DNA of 64,000 nucleotides from an uncultured Gammaproteobacteria bacterium (lineage in GTDB: Bacteria; Patescibacteriota; Microgenomatia; Levybacterales; UBA12049): contig CAZWXQ010000006.1 of assembly GCA_964637955.1 (NCBI GenBank), positions 26,926 through 90,925 of the forward strand, read 5' to 3'. This document shows, one piece after another, positions 58,843 through 64,000 of the stretch. The position numbers and the translations under genes are program-made. How positions within the stretch are numbered: position 1 is the stretch's first letter; every line of letters starts with the position of its first letter. A model generated the notes under the pieces. It did not search any database and was not told the origin of the DNA. It saw nothing but the letters and a program-made list of their open reading frames with translations.

Positions 58843-59694
58843 TTATCTTAGAGGTTTGGTGGTGGGTTTAGCTGTTATTTCTGTGTTACTTGATGAGCCT
58901 GCTGATCCTAGTTCAGAATCAATTAAGGTTTTAAATCCCGCAAGTCCATTTGGAGCTATTTGTTTATTTCCTACGAAGAATGATGGAGTAGAGTTAAGTC
59001 CGAGTGAAATAGCCTCAGTTTCGCCTGCCTTAACAGCATTTTTGGCTTCATCTGAGTTCATGATTTCTAGAAACTTAGCCTCGTCCATTCCTGCAATCTG
59101 AGCATAGCTAGTAAATACTTCTGTTGGATCCTTGAGTTCTTCCCAGTCTTTTTGTTTGCTAAAGAGTAAGTCTTTCATTTCTTTAAATTTACCAAGCTTC
59201 CAAGCTGCATATCCAGCTTGGCCTGAGATTAATGCATTTTGGTGAATTCCTGTAAGAGGGAAGAATCTGTAAACCACTTTTACTTTTCCGTCATATTCAG
59301 AAAGAAGCTGATTTATGATTGGGTTATATGAAGCACATGCTGGACATTGGAAATCAGCATATTCATAAACCACTATTTTTGCTTGAGGATTTCCAAGGAC
59401 TATATCGTTTGCTGAAACTGCTTTAAGATTTTCTTTTACCACAGGTTCAGCGGTAGGACCTTGCTTATTTGCTAATTGGACGAGGATTGCAAGTCCAGCG
59501 ATACAGGCGATGATGACTCCACCCCAAAGTGCGACCTTTTTCATCATTTCAGAGCGCTGTTCTTTTTTGAGGCTTGCTTCCCAGTTGGAGCTTGATTTTT
59601 CTGGAGTATGTTCCTTCTTTTGCATCCTTATATTCTTAAATAAAGTGAAGCAAAAATCAATAGGTAAGTATATGATGGCTATGGTAAAATACAA
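58843..59694 (-). CDS. DsbA-like thiol:disulfide oxidoreductase, membrane-anchored (start may be an internal Met)
   Basis: TM ALWGGVIIACIAGLAILV. Thioredoxin CxxC FQCPAC. Adjacent to the VKOR gene, consistent with a DsbA-VKOR disulfide-bond-forming pair. Confidence 0.75.
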   Translation of the reverse strand: MYFTIAIIYLPIDFCFTLFKNIRMQKKEHTPEKSSSNWEASLKKEQRSEMMKKVALWGGVIIACIAGLAILVQLANKQGPTAEPVVKENLKAVSANDIVLGNPQAKIVVYEYADFQCPACASYNPIINQLLSEYDGKVKVVYRFFPLTGIHQNALISGQAGYAAWKLGKFKEMKDLLFSKQKDWEELKDPTEVFTSYAQIAGMDEAKFLEIMNSDEAKNAVKAGETEAISLGLNSTPSFFVGNKQIAPNGLAGFKTLIDSELGSAGSSSNTEITAKPTTKPLR

Positions 59695-59775
59695 TGAAAG
59701 TATAATTTATTAGATATCATTTATCATTTATTAATTCAATAGTAAATCGTAAATTCTAAATTGTATATTTTTCTT

Positions 59776-59849
59776 GTTCCCGTAGCTCAACCGGATAGAG
59801 CAGTCCCGTCCTAAGGGAAAGATTGGAGGTTCGACTCCTCTCGGGGACG
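59776..59849 (+). tRNA. tRNA, probably Arg (anticodon CCU by my fold)
   Basis: GTTCCCG acceptor, GCTCAACCGGATAGAGC D-arm, anticodon loop GTCCTAA, GGAGGTTCGACTCCTCT T-arm, CGGGGAC 3' acceptor. One mismatch in anticodon stem. Confidence 0.6.
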
Positions 59850-59911
59850 CATATTGTATCAGGTACGTTTTTATTGACAATTTATTAAAAAGTAGCATAC
59901 TGACCCCACTT

Positions 59912-60286
59912 ATGCCTAACACGCCTGACAATAGAGAAAATAAAGCTTACCAATTTTCTAAAAAAGCATCTGATCTAACTTCTATGGATTTAGCACATGC
60001 AGCACAAGCTATAGGGGGAGGTTTAAATCTCGCTGATGGTAATTTATTTGATAATAGTCTTTTACATTCAGATATAGGTTTTTCAATTAGATTTGGAAAT
60101 CCAAACGGAGATGACACAAGCACATATATTACTCATCCATGGGGATTAAGTTTAGGATTTAAAGATCCTCAAGTTACGCTTGAAGGCAGAACGGTAGTTG
60201 TTGAAGGATGGACAGGTACAAAAATTGGAAGAATTGAACTTTCTCAAGGTTCGGTTGTATTTAAGCAAGCTCCCTCTGATGAATAA
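59912..60286 (+). CDS. Hypothetical protein (124 aa) in mid-GC block downstream of tRNA
   Basis: ORF with codon usage unlike the low-GC flank. Confidence 0.45.
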   Translation: MPNTPDNRENKAYQFSKKASDLTSMDLAHAAQAIGGGLNLADGNLFDNSLLHSDIGFSIRFGNPNGDDTSTYITHPWGLSLGFKDPQVTLEGRTVVVEGWTGTKIGRIELSQGSVVFKQAPSDE

Positions 60287-60334
60287 TTTTCTTCTTGACA
60301 CAGCTAGGCCTATATTGATAAAATTCCTCGGATT

Positions 60335-60814
60335 ATGTCACGAGCTGAAGGATCAATTCCGTTCGAAAAACCACATTCTCAAAATATTCGTTTGGGAAAT
60401 AAGCTGGCTGTAAGATACAGAGGCTCAGGCTCAGCTCTTCCTATTTCGGATGAAATAGCAACAAGTAAGAATCTTAGACGAAGACAGAATGACAGAGTTG
60501 CAGGTGAGCCTCTTCCATTGATGTCTCCTACATTTAAAAAAGCTACATATTCAGGTGTCCATGCAGGTGGATTGGCAATAGATATAAAAGAAGCTGTAGT
60601 TAGACCAACTGGAAGAATAGAGATGGAGATAAGCTATATGGGCTTACCACCAGTGCGAGAAGTCTCGAGTGTAAGAGAAGAATTTGCTTCAGGTAACATA
60701 GTAATTGGAGCAGCCGATACCGAGACTGAAATTTTAGTTACTGACGATGTAATTATTTTTCCAAACTACTCAAATCATCTTATTCCGCATCTAGACAAAG
60801 AACCAGCCGCATAA
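60335..60814 (+). CDS. Hypothetical protein (159 aa)
   Basis: ORF, same block. Confidence 0.45.
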   Translation: MSRAEGSIPFEKPHSQNIRLGNKLAVRYRGSGSALPISDEIATSKNLRRRQNDRVAGEPLPLMSPTFKKATYSGVHAGGLAIDIKEAVVRPTGRIEMEISYMGLPPVREVSSVREEFASGNIVIGAADTETEILVTDDVIIFPNYSNHLIPHLDKEPAA

Positions 60815-60884
60815 AATCCTCATAGCAATAACTATAAGTTATTTTTATCTTGAGAAATTAGCCTTACAGTGGTATAATACAGGC

Positions 60885-63800
60885 GATGAAAGAAGCAACT
60901 TTATTAAGAGAGCCAGTAAACCTTAAAGACAGCCAAATGCCTCACTTAGATGTAGGAGCAGAGCTTGCTGGATTAAGACGAAGAGGCTCTGGATTTCTGT
61001 ATTTAAAACGATTGGAAAGAGATCCTATGAATATGGATGAGTATATTCATGTTACTCGTATTGATCAGAATGGAAACGCGATAGTTTTGGGTCAAAGGTG
61101 GGTAGCTGCAACAAATACTTATGAGGAGATTAGGCAAGGCAGTTATGATAAAAAATATAGCAACAATGTCCTAAAGCAGGGGAAGATAGATAAAGCTTAT
61201 CATCACATAAAAGACAATACTACAGGTATGTATTGGTTAACTCAAATTACTGACTGGGACGTTACAGGATTAGCACCAACTTCTCAAAGTTTACTTGCTC
61301 AGGAATTTGAATCAAAACAGCAAAATGCCTTTGTTTATGATAAAGATGGTAGAGTGATTAGTGGTCCTGGATATACAAGGCCATGGGCTTATCAGGGTGT
61401 AACTCCGCCTTGGACATATAATTATCCTCAAGAATCATATCCTTGGGTACAGCAAGGGCCAGTACCAGCTCCAGCATCTCCTGCTGAGGAGACACAACCT
61501 GCACCGGAAAACCCAGCGGTAACAGCCATAAATAATTTGGGAGCTTCGATCCAAGAAGGGTTTGGAAGAGTGGAAGAAGAGTTAACTCAACTTGAAGAAG
61601 CGGACACACAGTTAGGCCAAAGAATTGGAGCATTGGAAGGAAATGCACTTACAGAGGAAAGAGTAAGAGAAATTGCGACAGCTGCAGCAATGGCTGCTCT
61701 TGCAGCTTCGAGAGATGCTGGTGCCACTCCAGACAGAAGAGCTACTCCAGATCCGATTACTACTCCAGCCCCAGATAGGACTGATGGATCTCCAGCAGTA
61801 AGACCTGTTGCTGCTCAGCCTGCTCGAGCTCCTATGCCACCAACTCCTAGGGTTGAACCAGCTCCAGATGCTCATGCTGATGGATCACAGACTGTAGTAG
61901 AAAATCAAGCTCAAGAGGCTTATCTCCAATCCTTGGCTGATTTTATGGATGAAGTTGCTGCAGATGCTTATTCAAACCATCAGGAATTAGAAGCCGCCCG
62001 CGCAGAAGTTAGAGAATTGCGCGAAGAAATTGGAGAGCTTGATGGACGTTCTATAGCTATTTTAGCTTTAGTTAATAATATTAATAATAGATTAGGTGCT
62101 CAAGTTGCAGCTCCTACTGTTACGCCAGATCAAGCTGCACGAGCACCACAGCCTGGTGATAATCAAACAACACCTCCAGACGTAACACCTTCCGGTGGTC
62201 AAGCCAATCCTGATAGTACCCAGCCAGTACAAGCTGAGCCAGGGCCGACTGCCGCTCCATCACGTGACAATCCGTCTCAGACAACAGCTCCAGCGGTGGA
62301 GGCAGAGCCTGAAGTAGCGGAAGATCAAGTTGCTCGGGAATTAGCATCACTTAGAACTCTCTTGGAAGATATGGATCGAGTACAAGAATCTCAGAATTCA
62401 GAACTTGCGAATCTTTCAGGACAACTCCAAGCACTATCCGAAGGAGAGGATGAGCGAACATCAAGAATTGTAGCAGCAGCGCTTTTAGCTCATAGAAGAC
62501 AAATAGAAGAAGATCAAGCTACCGCTCCATCAGTCGCAACATCTGCGGCTTCATCAGGCGAACAAGCGCCTGCAGGTGAGTCAGCGTCTCCTTCTGGGTC
62601 TGCGACTATTTCTGGATCGGCTGCAGCTGAGTCCATTGCAGCTACAGCTGCGGTGGCAACAGAAGTAGAGATGAAAACCCCCAGAAGAATTAGAAGAGTA
62701 ATCGATGCTTGGAAATTGGGCTCAGCCTCTATGGATGAATCAAATAAAAGAGTTGCAGATGCGATCGAAAGACACCTTCCTCATATTCATGCTAAAGCTA
62801 AAGCAAAAACAGCTGGTAGAGTAGCTGGAAATGTTGCTGTAGGATTAACTGCAGCTTCTGTTATCGCCGTTTCAAAAGGAGCTGAAGTCACAAGAAAAAC
62901 AGCTCGCAAAATGGATGCTTCTAATAAAGAAGCAGCAAGGAGAGCTGCTATAGCTATAGATGATTTTAGTCAAAGAAATGAAGTAACTTCTAAGCCACTT
63001 GATCCTAAATTTGCATTCAGGCATAGTCGTGTTGGTAGAGTTTTAGTGCCAACTGTAAAAGCAGCCGGAGCAGTAAATAGAGGAGTAGGAAGAGCAGAAG
63101 ATACGATTGGAGAAGTTATGACCCCAGTGGTTATGGGTACAGCAGCAGCTATTGACAAAAGCGTTGCTGGGTCAGTTATTTTGGGAAGTAAAGGTATTTC
63201 AAGTGTGAGAGGATTTAGAGATTCTGTTGTAAATAGGATAAACCGTGGAAAACCAATTAATGAAAATGTCGGTGAGCAAACATCAGGCATAGGATATGCT
63301 ATTCCTGTTTGGGGAGATGACGGAGATGAAATGGACGAGGCGTCTCCAGTACATCCGAGACCAGCAGAAGACGCAAGATCTGCTGATGTTTTTTCAGTTC
63401 AGCCAGATCAGACGGAAGATGCTTCGCAAGAACCAGTATCTGTACCTGTAGCAGCAGGAGCATGGGATTTGCCAGGACTTGATGCTTGGGGTTTTGCAGA
63501 TGAAGCCCAGATAATTCCTTCAGGACAAACTGCTCCATTGATAACTCTGCCAAAACCTTCAGACCCAATTTTTTGGGAAAGTGAGGAGTGGACGGATGGT
63601 GCTCCTATACCTGATTGGGTAACAGGAAATGGTGGAGATCCTAAAGGTGGATCTAAGGCTCCAGCTGAAGTAATTCTTGAGCCTGAGGCTGAAGAAGATA
63701 GACCTTTAAGCCCAGAAAGATTATTTAACGGAACTGGCTTATTTAAAGATCCAGCCTTGCTTACTGCAGGCGAAGAAACCCCTTTAATAGGCGAAGGGTC

Positions 63801-64000
63801 TATTGAAGAAAGCCCTAAGCTAGAAGATGTAAAGATTGTTTATGAAGGAAGAGATATGCATGGAAGATTCGTTTCACCAGTTGATGGTCTAAATAAAACT
63901 ATAGTTTTCGATAATCAAGCTAATTTTTCTTTAACCGATAGAGGAAGAGAAGCAAGGCTAAATGTTTTTAAATATTTTGATTTTCCTACCGAATTGTCAG
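60885..64000 (+). CDS. Large (>1038 aa, 3' partial) Ala/Pro/Glu-rich low-complexity protein with globular N-terminal ~175-aa domain and coiled-coil segments
   Basis: Manual translation from ATG 60885 shows no stop to window end, which is why it is absent from the ORF track. Only short antisense ORFs cover the region. GC about 45%. Confidence 0.55.

Overview
This 64 kb window is a low-GC (about 33-37% by eye) bacterial chromosomal segment. Its gene content fits a small-genome, Gram-positive-like or CPR-type organism using the standard genetic code (long essential genes contain no in-frame UGA). Housekeeping and envelope genes include rho, leuS, argS, ndk, tRNA-Ala, a probable tRNA-Arg, an M16 peptidase, a PurF-like amidotransferase, a LysM/M23 peptidase and a DsbA-VKOR pair. 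There is a three-gene glycosyltransferase operon (GT1 / polytopic GT-C-like / GT2), a competence locus (comEA, a split comEC and an embedded two-component system) and a VirD4/TraG-like ATPase. Two giant (>1400 aa) Gly/Ser/Thr-rich repetitive surface proteins share a C-terminal ~115-aa domain, and one carries three integrase-type SAM-like modules at its cytoplasmic N-terminus. The most striking feature is four short high-GC islands (about 58-65% GC, GC3-rich actinobacteria-like codon usage) at 15.66-18.42, 38.27-39.26, 46.56-47.70 and 49.03-49.99 kb. Each carries one or two small secreted or unknown proteins and has a sigma70-like promoter that lies in, or directs transcription from, flanking AT-rich DNA. 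Two of them share a conserved ~100-nt hairpin-rich leader element. Other unexplained structure includes a family of AT-rich intergenic repeats that supply the first ~10 codons (MKIKNLKLKI) of three genes, tandem hairpin repeats followed by a strongly ribosome-bound 19-codon ORF, a MITE-like repeat cluster, and a mid-GC block of unknown genes directly 3' of tRNA-Arg running off the window end. No CRISPR array, cas gene, reverse transcriptase or transposase/integrase catalytic domain was recognised. All GC values and folds are by eye and need computation.
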